NCBI GenBank assembly: GCA_002712285.1
Contig: PATC01000023.1
Coordinates: forward strand, 809-64,808
Direction: 5' to 3'
Source of the DNA: Methanobacteriota archaeon
GTDB lineage: Archaea > Thermoplasmatota > Poseidoniia > Poseidoniales > Thalassarchaeaceae
DNA: 64,000 nt
Each line of letters starts with the position of its first letter. The first letter of the stretch is position 1. Position numbers and translations under genes: made by a program. The notes under the pieces were generated by a model. It saw nothing but the letters and a program-made list of their open reading frames with translations, did not search any database and was not told where the DNA came from. This document shows positions 1 to 9,441 of the stretch, in pieces.

Positions 1-1
1 C

Positions 2-535
2 GCTTCATCTTACACAGCAGCAATGTCCGCAGCAAATGCAACACCTGTCAAAATTTTCAGATCTCTTGCAAAGAACGGTGACATCTATGGTGACATCGCC
101 TACGATTCTTCGATGATTTACCGTGACATGACCTTGTTCGGATATGATATCATCACTGCTGTCAAGCTCGCTGTTGATCGAGCCGCCTCTACTTGGGTGA
201 CTGAGTTTTTCCAAGGCATGGTAGGTACCTTGTCCTCTGGAGGAAATCTCAAGCTATACTTCCTCAACCGCGCAGAACATTACATGCGAGAGAATCGGAT
301 ACGATTAACACAGTTCCTAGAGACTCTTGCAATGTTTGCTGAAACATACATTGTTGTTGCAGTCGCAATGCCTCTTTTCCTCATCGTCATGCTCGTAATT
401 ATGTTCTGGGTCTCTGGCGCAGGCTCTCAGATTTCAGAGAATATGGTTTATGGCATTGTAATGGGACTTCTACCAATGATCCATATCGCATATTCCCTCT
501 TCGTGTGGCTGATGTCACAAGAACAGGAGATGTGA
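2..535 (+). CDS. T2SSF-domain membrane protein (TadB/TadC/FlaJ-like), 5' end truncated by the window edge
   Basis: The reading frame is open back to base 2. A helical cytoplasmic segment (VDRAASTWVTEFFQGMVGTLSSGGNLKLYFLNRAEHYMRE) is followed by two hydrophobic helices, as in type II secretion F / TadB-TadC platform proteins. The call is by pattern recognition only. Confidence 0.4.
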   Translation, partial: ASSYTAAMSAANATPVKIFRSLAKNGDIYGDIAYDSSMIYRDMTLFGYDIITAVKLAVDRAASTWVTEFFQGMVGTLSSGGNLKLYFLNRAEHYMRENRIRLTQFLETLAMFAETYIVVAVAMPLFLIVMLVIMFWVSGAGSQISENMVYGIVMGLLPMIHIAYSLFVWLMSQEQEM

Positions 536-551
536 ATAGGAGGGGTATGCG

Positions 552-2087
552 GTGGCGAAGAAGAACCGTAAGAAGAAAATCAAGGTAAGGTTGGAACTCC
601 CGAAGGACGACCGTACCCAGACCAACTTCACCATTATCCTCTCTGTCTGTATGATGATTGGCGTAGGTTGTATGGGATTCTGGATTACTAATGCTGATCT
701 TGTATTCAAACCAATAAATCAGATGCCGATGTTCCTTAACATGGCGTGTCCGGATTCCTTTGACCCCAGTAGTCCTGTTCCACCAACTTACTCGGATAAC
801 GAATCTTGCTTCCTAACTCAGGAATCCGCCACCATCGAAACTTGGACTGAAGAATGGTCAAAGGTAGGATCTCCTGGTGGAGCCGGATTCTTTGAAGTTC
901 CAGGTATTGACAAACAACGACTCGGAACTATGCCACATCCCCAACAATATGCTGACATCGAATGTACATCAGAAGCAGACAACAATGGCGTATTTACACT
1001 CTCTATCGTTGAACGGTATTACGATATGACAACTAGTGTACAAGATAGTGTGCAGGTAGTTGCAAATTCAAATGATTGTGGCCTTCAAAACGTCCCAGTA
1101 GAAGCAAACAAGCGATACGAGGTGTGGGTGGAGATTGAACCAGGACAACCCACTCTCCGAACCTTCGAATTCACCGTATCAGTGGATGCATATGATGGGA
1201 TTCCAGACAATATGAACAACAAATCACTATGGATTGGACCAGAAGTCGAACTTGGACCATTCAAGACTCATCCGACTATCTTCGTAAACTTCTTCGGAAT
1301 CGGACTTCTGATTGCTGTCTTTCCTCCTTCAATCTACAGAGATGCACAAGCACGGAAGATCAAAGCTATCGAGGACAAATTTCCCGACTTCCTACGCGAC
1401 CTTGCAGAATACTGGAAAGGTGGACTCTCAATGGTGGTCTCTGTTCGTACATTGGCCCGTTCTGAGTATGGGGCACTGAACGATGACATCCAAAAGATGT
1501 CAGATCAATTATCTTGGGGTATCCCCTTTGGTGATGTAATGAAATTGTTCGCTGGGCGAGTGAACACGCCTCTTGTCCATAGAGCTGTTTCCCTAGTTGA
1601 TGAGGCAAACAAAGCTGGCGGAAAGATCTCCGATATTCTAGTCACTGCGGCCAACGATTCTCGAGAAATTAAATTCCTTGAAGGAGAGCGTGTACGTGCA
1701 ATCGCATCGTATATTTCCGTTATATGGGTGTCTTATCTAGTATTCATGGGTGTTATCGTCGTTCTGTCGAAGGTGTTCATCCCTGCAATTGCCTCATCCA
1801 ACAGTGGAGGAGAATCGGAAAGTATTGGAAACATGCAAATTAACGCCGTAGATCCACTGTTCTTCCTCGTTGTGTTCTTCTATGGAGTTTCGGCACAAGC
1901 CGTAGGTAATGGGGCAATGGCGGGCCTAATGGCAACTGGTCGGCTATCGAACGGGATGAAACATTCTGGATTCATGCTGATCCTTGCCCTATTAGCATTC
2001 AACTTCGTAGCCTTTACACCTGATCTTATTGGAGTACCGATGGCGGAAGGGCTTGTACACTCGATTGGTAGGACTGCCCCAGGGTGA
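552..2087 (+). CDS. T2SSF-domain pilus-assembly platform protein (TadC/FlaJ-like) with a ~190-aa insertion after TM1
   Basis: GTG start with a Lys-rich N-terminus, then TM1. The C-terminal half carries a T2SSF signature (FPDFLRDLAEYWKGGLSMVVSVRTLA...GIPFGDVMKLFAGRVNTPLVHRAVSLVDEANKAGGKISDILVTAANDSRE) followed by TM helices. An AGGAGG-like stretch precedes the start. Confidence 0.5.
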   Translation: MAKKNRKKKIKVRLELPKDDRTQTNFTIILSVCMMIGVGCMGFWITNADLVFKPINQMPMFLNMACPDSFDPSSPVPPTYSDNESCFLTQESATIETWTEEWSKVGSPGGAGFFEVPGIDKQRLGTMPHPQQYADIECTSEADNNGVFTLSIVERYYDMTTSVQDSVQVVANSNDCGLQNVPVEANKRYEVWVEIEPGQPTLRTFEFTVSVDAYDGIPDNMNNKSLWIGPEVELGPFKTHPTIFVNFFGIGLLIAVFPPSIYRDAQARKIKAIEDKFPDFLRDLAEYWKGGLSMVVSVRTLARSEYGALNDDIQKMSDQLSWGIPFGDVMKLFAGRVNTPLVHRAVSLVDEANKAGGKISDILVTAANDSREIKFLEGERVRAIASYISVIWVSYLVFMGVIVVLSKVFIPAIASSNSGGESESIGNMQINAVDPLFFLVVFFYGVSAQAVGNGAMAGLMATGRLSNGMKHSGFMLILALLAFNFVAFTPDLIGVPMAEGLVHSIGRTAPG

Positions 2088-2091
2088 TTGG

Positions 2092-2538
2092 ATGAAACAT
2101 ATGTTTCGGGAAGATTCCGCTCAAGTCCACATGATTGAGATGATTACGCTGTTTTGGTTATTTTTCCTCGCCGCAGCCTTCGTCATTCAACTTCAGGTAC
2201 CTGATACTAATGCAATTGCATCTGATGCATCTTTACGACTTGCTGCAGAAGACGCGCACCTACTTTCTTCAGCGATAGTCGATGATGATGGAGTATCCAT
2301 CCTAGAAAGTCACCTCGAAGCAGATCGACGTGATGAGGCCTGTACTCTGATACTCGAACAGTTACCTGAAACCGTAACTGGAAACTGTTGGTTAGCGGCA
2401 GACTCTGGGACTATGACGCGGGCAGGGGCTGCCGAAATCCCTCCAACTCAAACTTTGTCAGTAATGCACCTGAAACACGTAGATGGTCATCTATGGACCA
2501 TAGGTGTACAGGTTTGGCACATTGGGGGTGGAGCATGA
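2092..2538 (+). CDS. small protein with a single N-terminal hydrophobic helix (pilin/pseudopilin-like candidate)
   Basis: The internal Met (MKHMF...) lies immediately after the previous stop. The N-terminus MIEMITLFWLFFLAAAFVIQLQ is a class-III-signal-like helix followed by a soluble ~120-aa domain. It overlaps the next gene by ATGA. Confidence 0.35.
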   Translation: MKHMFREDSAQVHMIEMITLFWLFFLAAAFVIQLQVPDTNAIASDASLRLAAEDAHLLSSAIVDDDGVSILESHLEADRRDEACTLILEQLPETVTGNCWLAADSGTMTRAGAAEIPPTQTLSVMHLKHVDGHLWTIGVQVWHIGGGA

Positions 2539-2966
2539 TGAGAAGAGATACTTCCAACGATGAGGCACAGATGCTCCTTGCCACGGGTGTAGTTCTCCTT
2601 CTTGCACTGTTATCGATGGCAATCTATAGTGTGAAAGTTGTAGGCATGGGAGAACCCTACGACGCTTCCGACGATGCAGTACTCCAAACAGCTGAGGAGG
2701 TTCGTGAGGTCTGGGAAACTTCGATTCAACACCGATTCGATGAATTGAACGGAACTGGAGATGGTGAAGAAAAATGCCTAGATGCCGCGAATAGTGTAAA
2801 GGCTGACCTGATGAGGCATGGTGAGCATAGAGGAGTAGAAATCATACTTGTCAACCTTAATTCAACAATCGAATCTGACATCTGTACCGTAGTCGCAGAA
2901 GCAGGAATTGCCGACCGCAATGGACGACTCCTCATTGATTTACATGCTGAAATTAATGTCTCCTAA
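2535..2966 (+). CDS. small protein with a single N-terminal hydrophobic helix (pilin-like candidate)
   Basis: Starts at MMRRDTS with an ATGA overlap onto the upstream gene. The N-terminal helix LLATGVVLLLALLSMAIYSV sits after a charged lead, and the protein is ~143 aa. It lies directly downstream of the T2SSF genes. Confidence 0.35.
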   Translation: MMRRDTSNDEAQMLLATGVVLLLALLSMAIYSVKVVGMGEPYDASDDAVLQTAEEVREVWETSIQHRFDELNGTGDGEEKCLDAANSVKADLMRHGEHRGVEIILVNLNSTIESDICTVVAEAGIADRNGRLLIDLHAEINVS

Positions 2967-3575
2967 TTACATCAAATTCTGGCGGACACGAATTAACGGA
3001 TCTTCGTGAAGGAGAGGGTCGATACGGACCCATTCAGCCAGACGTCCTCGCTCCATCATAGCACGTTGAATTGCCCGAATCCGTTCAAAGGCCATGATAT
3101 ACCTCTCAGAACCGCGATAACTAGTAGATTCACGTTCAAGGATAAATCCACGATGTTGGGCCTCCGTATCCGCTGTAACATAAATTCCGACTGCACGACC
3201 TCCACTTTCACGCCAATCTCTAATCCAATTGGACTGAGGGACTAGATGTACTCCCTCAAGGACAAGGTCAACCCCTTGGGAACGAGCTCTATCAATGACT
3301 GCTGATATACCTGGCAGAATAGGATCACAAGCATCTAACCAATCGTTTACTGGATCTCCCGTTGAACCGTGAGAATAACTCGAACGGTGGAGATCATGAG
3401 AATCATTGGGTGAACGACCAACTCGAAGGACCTCTCGAATAGTGTCAGTAGACACACATCGACTGAATCCCATTTCGTGTGCAACCATATGTGCCAGTCG
3501 TGATTTGCCAGTGCCAGTCGCGCCGGTAATGAGAACAAGCCTCGGCGTTCGAATCACATTCGGCTCATCCGCCAT
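2967..3575 (-). CDS. P-loop kinase, 2-phosphoglycerate-kinase-like
   Basis: Walker A LITGATGTGKS followed by STDTIREVLR, a motif reminiscent of the archaeal 2-PGK family. Confidence 0.45.
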   Translation of the reverse strand: MADEPNVIRTPRLVLITGATGTGKSRLAHMVAHEMGFSRCVSTDTIREVLRVGRSPNDSHDLHRSSYSHGSTGDPVNDWLDACDPILPGISAVIDRARSQGVDLVLEGVHLVPQSNWIRDWRESGGRAVGIYVTADTEAQHRGFILERESTSYRGSERYIMAFERIRAIQRAMMERGRLAEWVRIDPLLHEDPLIRVRQNLM

Positions 3576-3626
3576 GATGAGAATTCATGCTTCGACCTCA
3601 TGTTTCCTTCGGTTAAGAAGAACCAG

Positions 3627-4061
3627 TCAATACTGTTCCAGAACAAGTTCTGTGATAGTCGAAGCAATCTGATCTGACGAAGATTCCCAAATACGATCAA
3701 GTAGGCTGCGGAGGGATATCGTATCAGAGACATGAACAAGGGCGATAAGATCGGCCTCACCCGCTATTTCGAATACAGTATCTACACCTGACCATGTACA
3801 TATCTCAGCACCTAAAGCACCAATCTCCTTAGCTCCGGGACTAACCTTGATTCGGATTAATGCAGACAATCCGGCTCCACTCTCACGAATCGTGTATTGA
3901 CGGATGACTCCGCTTTGCTCCAACTGGGCAATCCGTGAACTTACGGTACGTTCATTCAAACCAACAGATTCGGCAATTGCACGAGCCGTAGCCCTACTAT
4001 TCCGCCGTAGGGCATCAAGAATGAGATGATCGTTTTCTGTCAAATGAAACATAGATATCAC
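3627..4061 (-). CDS. lrp: Lrp/AsnC family transcriptional regulator
   Basis: N-terminal HTH (LDALRRNSRATARAIAESVGLNERTVSSRIAQLEQSGVI) followed by a RAM/AsnC C-terminal domain. Confidence 0.8.
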   Translation of the reverse strand: MISMFHLTENDHLILDALRRNSRATARAIAESVGLNERTVSSRIAQLEQSGVIRQYTIRESGAGLSALIRIKVSPGAKEIGALGAEICTWSGVDTVFEIAGEADLIALVHVSDTISLRSLLDRIWESSSDQIASTITELVLEQY

Positions 4062-4103
4062 GCAGTAAGATTCAGTAACTAATTTCTGTATAGTATAGAG
4101 GTA

Positions 4104-4577
4104 TCAAATTAGATGATTTACAAGACCGTTGATATCTTGGATTTTACCGCAGTAGGCGCATCGAAGTTCCAGTGGGTCCGCCTTATGAACAAGGATTCGG
4201 TTTGGGAGTGGTTCACGTGGATTATTTGTTATACAGTTAGAATATGAACATCGAACAACATTGACTAATTCGGTTCCTAATTCTACGGAGCGTTTCTCCG
4301 CAACACGGAAATCACGAATGATGGCAACCGATGCTTTTGAAGCAATAATTGCAAGACGGTCTAACTCCTCCTGAGTCAGTTCACGGTCCTCGACCTTGAG
4401 AACATCTTTTCTTCCAAGCTTCTTGCTGGGAGCGTTCATGACCAAGGAAATCGGTGTACTTTTTGAGTCGAGTAAACCAAGCATCCCAAGGACACTCAAT
4501 GATGAACCAGCAGGGATGTGATCGATAACAGTCCCATTCTGAATTGCTGTTACGCGCCTCATTGCTTGTTCACTCAT
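4104..4577 (-). CDS. pyrI: aspartate carbamoyltransferase regulatory chain
   Basis: KNGTVIDHIPAG motif and the C-terminal zinc domain Cys pairs (CSYSNC...CAYCGK). The start is taken at the Met whose ATG overlaps the pyrB stop (ATGA). Confidence 0.85.
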   Translation of the reverse strand: MSEQAMRRVTAIQNGTVIDHIPAGSSLSVLGMLGLLDSKSTPISLVMNAPSKKLGRKDVLKVEDRELTQEELDRLAIIASKASVAIIRDFRVAEKRSVELGTELVNVVRCSYSNCITNNPREPLPNRILVHKADPLELRCAYCGKIQDINGLVNHLI

Positions 4578-5506
4578 CCAATCACCTCCTGAACATCGAC
4601 CTCTAGAAGACGACAAAGTAAGGCCATTCTGGCAACGACACCATAGAATGCTTGTTCGAAATACTTAGCATGAGGAGTTGAATCAACGTCTGGAGCAATC
4701 TCATTAACTCGTGGAAGTGGATGCATGATGATCATATCTTTCTTCGCATTGGCAAGGTCTTTACCGGTCAGGCAAAAGACCCCTGCAACTTTCCTATACT
4801 CTTCCTCATCAGGAAACCGCTCTTTCTGGATACGAGTCATGTAGATGACATCCAAATTATCAATCGACCCTACCAAATCGTCTGTCTCTACTATGCTGAC
4901 ACCCGAATCCCGTAAATCTTGTACGATCTCTTGAGGCATCGAGAGAGAAGATGGAGAAATGAATGTGAGTGAACAGCCGAAACGAGCAAGTGCTCCAGAA
5001 AGACTGTGCACAGTTCGGCCGTAACGTAAATCCCCTACAAGAGCAACTTTGAGGCCCTCTAGTGTCCCATGACATGCACGAATTGTGAATAAATCCAACA
5101 ATGTCTGAGTAGGATGATGGCCTGCACCATCTCCTGCATTAATCACCGGAATATCGACTGCATCTGACGAATACTTTGCGGCACCTTGACGAGGGTGTCT
5201 AATGATGGCAATGTCAGCATATCCATCCATCATCTGCATTGTGTCAAACAAGGTTTCACCCTTTACAACCGATGTGGTCGAAACATCTCCAAGATTCAGA
5301 ACTGAGCCCCCCAGGCGCTTCATAGCAGCCTCAAATGACATCCTAGTTCGAGTTGAAGGTTCGAAAAAGAGATTTGCTAATACCTTGCCTGCAAGAATTG
5401 GTAAATGTACCTCTCCACGTGCGATTGGTAGCATCTTTTCTGCTGTATCGAGAATCGAAATAATCTCTTCGTTCGTCAAGTCATCCATCGTAATGAGACT
5501 GGCCAT
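4574..5506 (-). CDS. pyrB: aspartate carbamoyltransferase catalytic chain
   Basis: STRTR carbamoyl-phosphate binding motif, HPTQ and HPLPR motifs. The start is probably the second Met (MASLITMDDL...); the ORF remains open to 5545. Confidence 0.9.
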   Translation of the reverse strand: MASLITMDDLTNEEIISILDTAEKMLPIARGEVHLPILAGKVLANLFFEPSTRTRMSFEAAMKRLGGSVLNLGDVSTTSVVKGETLFDTMQMMDGYADIAIIRHPRQGAAKYSSDAVDIPVINAGDGAGHHPTQTLLDLFTIRACHGTLEGLKVALVGDLRYGRTVHSLSGALARFGCSLTFISPSSLSMPQEIVQDLRDSGVSIVETDDLVGSIDNLDVIYMTRIQKERFPDEEEYRKVAGVFCLTGKDLANAKKDMIIMHPLPRVNEIAPDVDSTPHAKYFEQAFYGVVARMALLCRLLEVDVQEVIG

Positions 5507-5621
5507 GGCTCTCTCCCCTTTCCCTACCGGGATGAAACCGACCATATTCCTTCCCGTAGTATCAACCCCCTGATAGGCACGCTTCCGTGGACTTCATGAG
5601 AAGGGGTTACGTCGGAGAATC

Positions 5622-6617
5622 ATGCTCATCAGCCGAACCCCGGTAAGAGCGTCGTTCTGCGGGGGAGGAACAGATCTTGCCGTATTCTACGAACAAAGTC
5701 CCCACGGAGGGGCCGTCACCTCGATGGCAATGGCACGCTATCTCTATGTGACTGTTAATCCAAGATTCGATGAACAGATACGTGTTTCATACTCAAAAAT
5801 GGAACTTGTAGATTCGTTAGATAACGTCCAGCATGACCTTGTTCGCGAAGCAATGAAATCTACTGGAGTGACTCATGGGGTAGAGATTACTACCATCGCA
5901 GACATCCCCTCTCGTGGGACTGGACTAGGGTCCTCCTCGGCCGTTACAGTCGGCCTTCTCAATGCTCTCTCCACTCTCGTGAATCGACCAATGAATCCAA
6001 TCCAGCTAGCCGAAGAGGCCTGTCGAATCGAAATCGAAATACTTGGGCAGCCGATTGGTAAACAAGACCAGTTCGCTGCCGCAGTAGGGGGTGCAAATAC
6101 AATTGGCTTCCTACCAGATGGAAGCGTTAGTATTGACCCATTGGAATTGTCTCAATCGATTGTTAACCGTATTGAATCTGAATTCACCCTTATTTTCACT
6201 GGTATGACCCGAAGCGCATCATCTGTTCTTTCCGCACAGAAGGAAAGGACTGGCGATCGAATGAGAGAACTAGAACGTCTTCGAGAACAAGCATTTGAGG
6301 TTAGAGGAGCTATCGAGGGGGGCGATTTGGAAGCTGTTGGCGGGCTTCTCGAAGCATCATGGCAAATTAAGCGAACACTCGTCGATGGAATTACGGGGGA
6401 CCATCTGGATACTCTACATGATCGAATCATTAGTTGTGGAGCCTCCGGAGCCAAACTACTGGGGGCAGGAGGAGGAGGTTTCTTCCTCGCCCATGGAGAT
6501 TCCAAAGTTCGTGAAACGCTGCGACAGGAACTTGATGCTGAACACCGTATCCTTCCCTTGGTTCTTGATAGGCATGGTAGCGTTATCATCCATGATGATG
6601 GAAAACGATGGGGGTGA
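5622..6617 (+). CDS. GHMP-family sugar kinase (HddA/heptose-7-phosphate-kinase-like)
   Basis: N-terminal RTPVRASFCGGGTDL matches the R-x-S-F-x-GGGTD start of HddA/glucuronokinase-type GHMP kinases. PSRGTGLGSSSA is the GHMP ATP-binding motif. Confidence 0.6.
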   Translation: MLISRTPVRASFCGGGTDLAVFYEQSPHGGAVTSMAMARYLYVTVNPRFDEQIRVSYSKMELVDSLDNVQHDLVREAMKSTGVTHGVEITTIADIPSRGTGLGSSSAVTVGLLNALSTLVNRPMNPIQLAEEACRIEIEILGQPIGKQDQFAAAVGGANTIGFLPDGSVSIDPLELSQSIVNRIESEFTLIFTGMTRSASSVLSAQKERTGDRMRELERLREQAFEVRGAIEGGDLEAVGGLLEASWQIKRTLVDGITGDHLDTLHDRIISCGASGAKLLGAGGGGFFLAHGDSKVRETLRQELDAEHRILPLVLDRHGSVIIHDDGKRWG

Positions 6618-9402
6618 TCCCTTACGTCTACGTATTTTCATCGTCATATCTGTATTGATTCTCTCAAGTACCTCCCTCAATGGAGCAGAGGTTCCTGAAT
6701 CCTCAGGAATTGAATTCAGATTTTTCAATTCCTCCGGAGACACTTACCTCGTACAAGACGTAACGATTGAACTGATAGATCCATGGTCTGGCCGAATTAT
6801 TTCATCAGCTACAGGTGTACAGGGCATGACATATTCGATGGATTGGGATTCATCCGAATCCTTTCGCCCGGAGATATATACCAGCAACACATACATCGAA
6901 CGATCTGAGGTGTTCCACCCCAATGGAACGGACACCATCATCGTAGATGTCAATATTCTCACTGAAGAACAAGTAAACCTCACTGGGAACACGCAAGCTA
7001 CGACGATTCAAACCCTTTCAAATCGAACTATTCAGTGGCAATCTAATTTGATAACAGATAATTCAATTCAGCTTCCGAATGCTTCGAAAAGTTGGATCGA
7101 AATTCGTGAGGAGGAACAGATTCGTCTAATCGAATGGACCGGAGAAAGCGAGATTGGTGCTATGTCAATAGGAAATCTCCGCTTGATGGCTAGCGATTCA
7201 CAATGGAATGGTTCCATCCTGATTAGACACTCACCTAGTGGTTGGTCTGAAATTATCGAAATGAATGCAACTATTGACCATCCTTTACCAAGAATCAGTA
7301 ATGGTGAATGGCACCTATGGCGACTCAATAATGGTGAAATCGAAGCTCAAGCCCATATCATTGACGATGCACTCTTTGAAGACATTAAATCCTGGTTAGA
7401 TTCACCCCTTGAATCACGAAATCTACCCTCTGGATCTGCATCAATCAATTTCGTCGACCCATCACTTAGTCCGAATGCACCGATAGAAGCTGACTTCTCT
7501 GCAAATCATCGGTTTGATTCACTCATTGGCCATGGATCTCTCCCGGCAGCCACTTCAGGAATCGGCATCCAAATTGATCGATTTCACGGAAATTGGGATG
7601 GAATAATTCAGGAGGCTGAATTCATCTCGTTTAGCGTAATGCTCCAAGATTTGCAATGGTGGAATGGAAGTCATGTGGGTTGCTGTATTCTCGATGGAAA
7701 TACGATGTTTGCATATCCCCCCATCTCCCCTACAGACACCTGGATTGAACCATCTTCACCAGGAGTTCTTGATGATGGAGTCACCTGGGGATGGACTGAA
7801 ACTGGCCAAATAGGAGCCGAAAGTGATGGCGATGTAACTCGGAAATTAGTAGTTCCATTCCGAGGCGATTCACGCGATGGTATCGATCTAAGTATTACAC
7901 TACCCAATGAATGGGAAATGCGACAAAGCCCACAATCTGATCAAATTCTAGCAAATGCAAATCAGATTACAGTGCAACGTTCTTCGATGGATGTAACAGG
8001 AGAAATTCTCATAATTATTGCAGAAAATGATGCACCTGAAGTTTCAATCGATGGTATAGGATTATCCGACCACTACGCACGTCTTGGAGGACTTATTGAG
8101 CAGACAATGACTTGTATCGATTCTAGCCCAGGTGACATTCAGATGCAATGGCAGATTATCGGAGAAGATCTGATGGGCGCACATAACGGAGCGAACTTCT
8201 CAATTACCTTTGATTCTCAAAAGCAATCAGAAGGAGATGAAATTCTAATTCAAGCCACATGTATCGATTCCCATGGAAATCGTACTATACTCACTCATAA
8301 CCTCATCCTTGATTCCACTCCCCCTAACTGGGAAATTGTAATGCTTGAAGACCATCCCTCTTACTGGGCACAAATTCTACACGAAATAGAATCTATGAAC
8401 ACATTTTCAATTAATGCAACAAGTACCATCATAGTAGACATCTATGCTAACGATACCAATGGTGAATCGACACAAATCATCCTAACATCAAACAGAAGTG
8501 AAGGATGGAACAGAATAGCTGAAAATCGTCTTTACTTTGCTGAAATGTGGCCTCAGGGAGATCATATCAATGGAATGCATATGACGATTGAAGAACGTCA
8601 TAAAGAGAGGAATCCTGCTATCAGATGGCTTAAACTTACAGTCATCGACTCTGTAGGTAATTCTATCGAAAAGGATTGGTCTGTTACATCGCTTGACCTC
8701 TTTGGCCCGGTTCCAAGACCTGCGATTCTTGTTGAGGGGTTGCCAATTGGCTTGACGAATATTGCCAAAATAGATTCCAACATAGAGATTGATTTGGCTG
8801 AATCCTTCGATGATCTGGACCCTATTGATGCAATAATCTGGTCCGCTTCAATAAACGGCATTTCTCTCTTTGAAAACGCTTCTTGGGAAGATGCTCAGAG
8901 ATTTCCAATAGATGGGCTTGAACGAGGAAGACACACTCTTGTTGTGACAGGAATAGATGATGCAGGTAACATCGGAAGTCATTCTTCCATCGTAGAAATC
9001 CACCCATCTAACTCATTTCAACCAAGAATTGAGGATGTTATGATTGTGGATGGGGGAGTGAGTGGACAATCCGCTACGATTAGAGTTGTTATTGCAAATA
9101 TGGGTTCAAAATCCAATGAAATAACCGCATGTATGGGAGATTCATGTGAGAACGGTACTCTACCTTCTGCAACAATCGATTCAGAAGGTATACTCACACT
9201 TACCCTTGAATTCGATGAACTGCCTAGCGGGTCACAGAGCATCATAATTGAATGGACAAAAGATGGACAAATCGAAAAAATCACTGGCACAGGGCCTATA
9301 GTAGAACCAGCTTGGCGAGATACGGCTAAAATGGTCATCTGGATTGTGCTAATTGCGTATACGGCTGGTGTACTCTTTGATCGGCGTTTTGGACGCCCAT
9401 GA
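6592..9402 (+). CDS. large secreted surface protein with a C-terminal membrane anchor
   Basis: The likely start MMMENDGGD overlaps the GHMP kinase end; the ORF is open from 6295. An N-terminal hydrophobic signal (IFIVISVLILSSTSLNG) leads a ~900-aa Ser/Thr/Asn/Asp-rich ectodomain. A C-terminal TM (MVIWIVLIAYTAGVLF) is followed by a basic tail. Confidence 0.5.
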   Translation: MMMENDGGDPLRLRIFIVISVLILSSTSLNGAEVPESSGIEFRFFNSSGDTYLVQDVTIELIDPWSGRIISSATGVQGMTYSMDWDSSESFRPEIYTSNTYIERSEVFHPNGTDTIIVDVNILTEEQVNLTGNTQATTIQTLSNRTIQWQSNLITDNSIQLPNASKSWIEIREEEQIRLIEWTGESEIGAMSIGNLRLMASDSQWNGSILIRHSPSGWSEIIEMNATIDHPLPRISNGEWHLWRLNNGEIEAQAHIIDDALFEDIKSWLDSPLESRNLPSGSASINFVDPSLSPNAPIEADFSANHRFDSLIGHGSLPAATSGIGIQIDRFHGNWDGIIQEAEFISFSVMLQDLQWWNGSHVGCCILDGNTMFAYPPISPTDTWIEPSSPGVLDDGVTWGWTETGQIGAESDGDVTRKLVVPFRGDSRDGIDLSITLPNEWEMRQSPQSDQILANANQITVQRSSMDVTGEILIIIAENDAPEVSIDGIGLSDHYARLGGLIEQTMTCIDSSPGDIQMQWQIIGEDLMGAHNGANFSITFDSQKQSEGDEILIQATCIDSHGNRTILTHNLILDSTPPNWEIVMLEDHPSYWAQILHEIESMNTFSINATSTIIVDIYANDTNGESTQIILTSNRSEGWNRIAENRLYFAEMWPQGDHINGMHMTIEERHKERNPAIRWLKLTVIDSVGNSIEKDWSVTSLDLFGPVPRPAILVEGLPIGLTNIAKIDSNIEIDLAESFDDLDPIDAIIWSASINGISLFENASWEDAQRFPIDGLERGRHTLVVTGIDDAGNIGSHSSIVEIHPSNSFQPRIEDVMIVDGGVSGQSATIRVVIANMGSKSNEITACMGDSCENGTLPSATIDSEGILTLTLEFDELPSGSQSIIIEWTKDGQIEKITGTGPIVEPAWRDTAKMVIWIVLIAYTAGVLFDRRFGRP

Positions 9403-9441
9403 ATCCGGTCGATTCATGGGGGATAACACATCCCTGAATTC

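Noticed and set aside
535-552. Possible frameshifted single TadC gene (two T2SSF ORFs in different frames 17 nt apart)
   Set aside because: The second ORF has its own Lys-rich positive-inside N-terminus and TM1, and an AGGAGG-like motif precedes it. The bacterial-type Tad systems it resembles encode separate TadB and TadC. A two-gene reading is therefore preferred, though a split gene is not fully excluded.
1229-1608. Short overlapping ORFs on both strands inside the T2SSF gene
   Set aside because: They are embedded in a gene that has clear domain signatures. They are random-frame ORFs.
6152-6589. 145-aa minus-strand ORF
   Set aside because: It sits entirely inside the GHMP kinase gene on the opposite strand, is Ser/Arg/Pro-rich, and has no motif.
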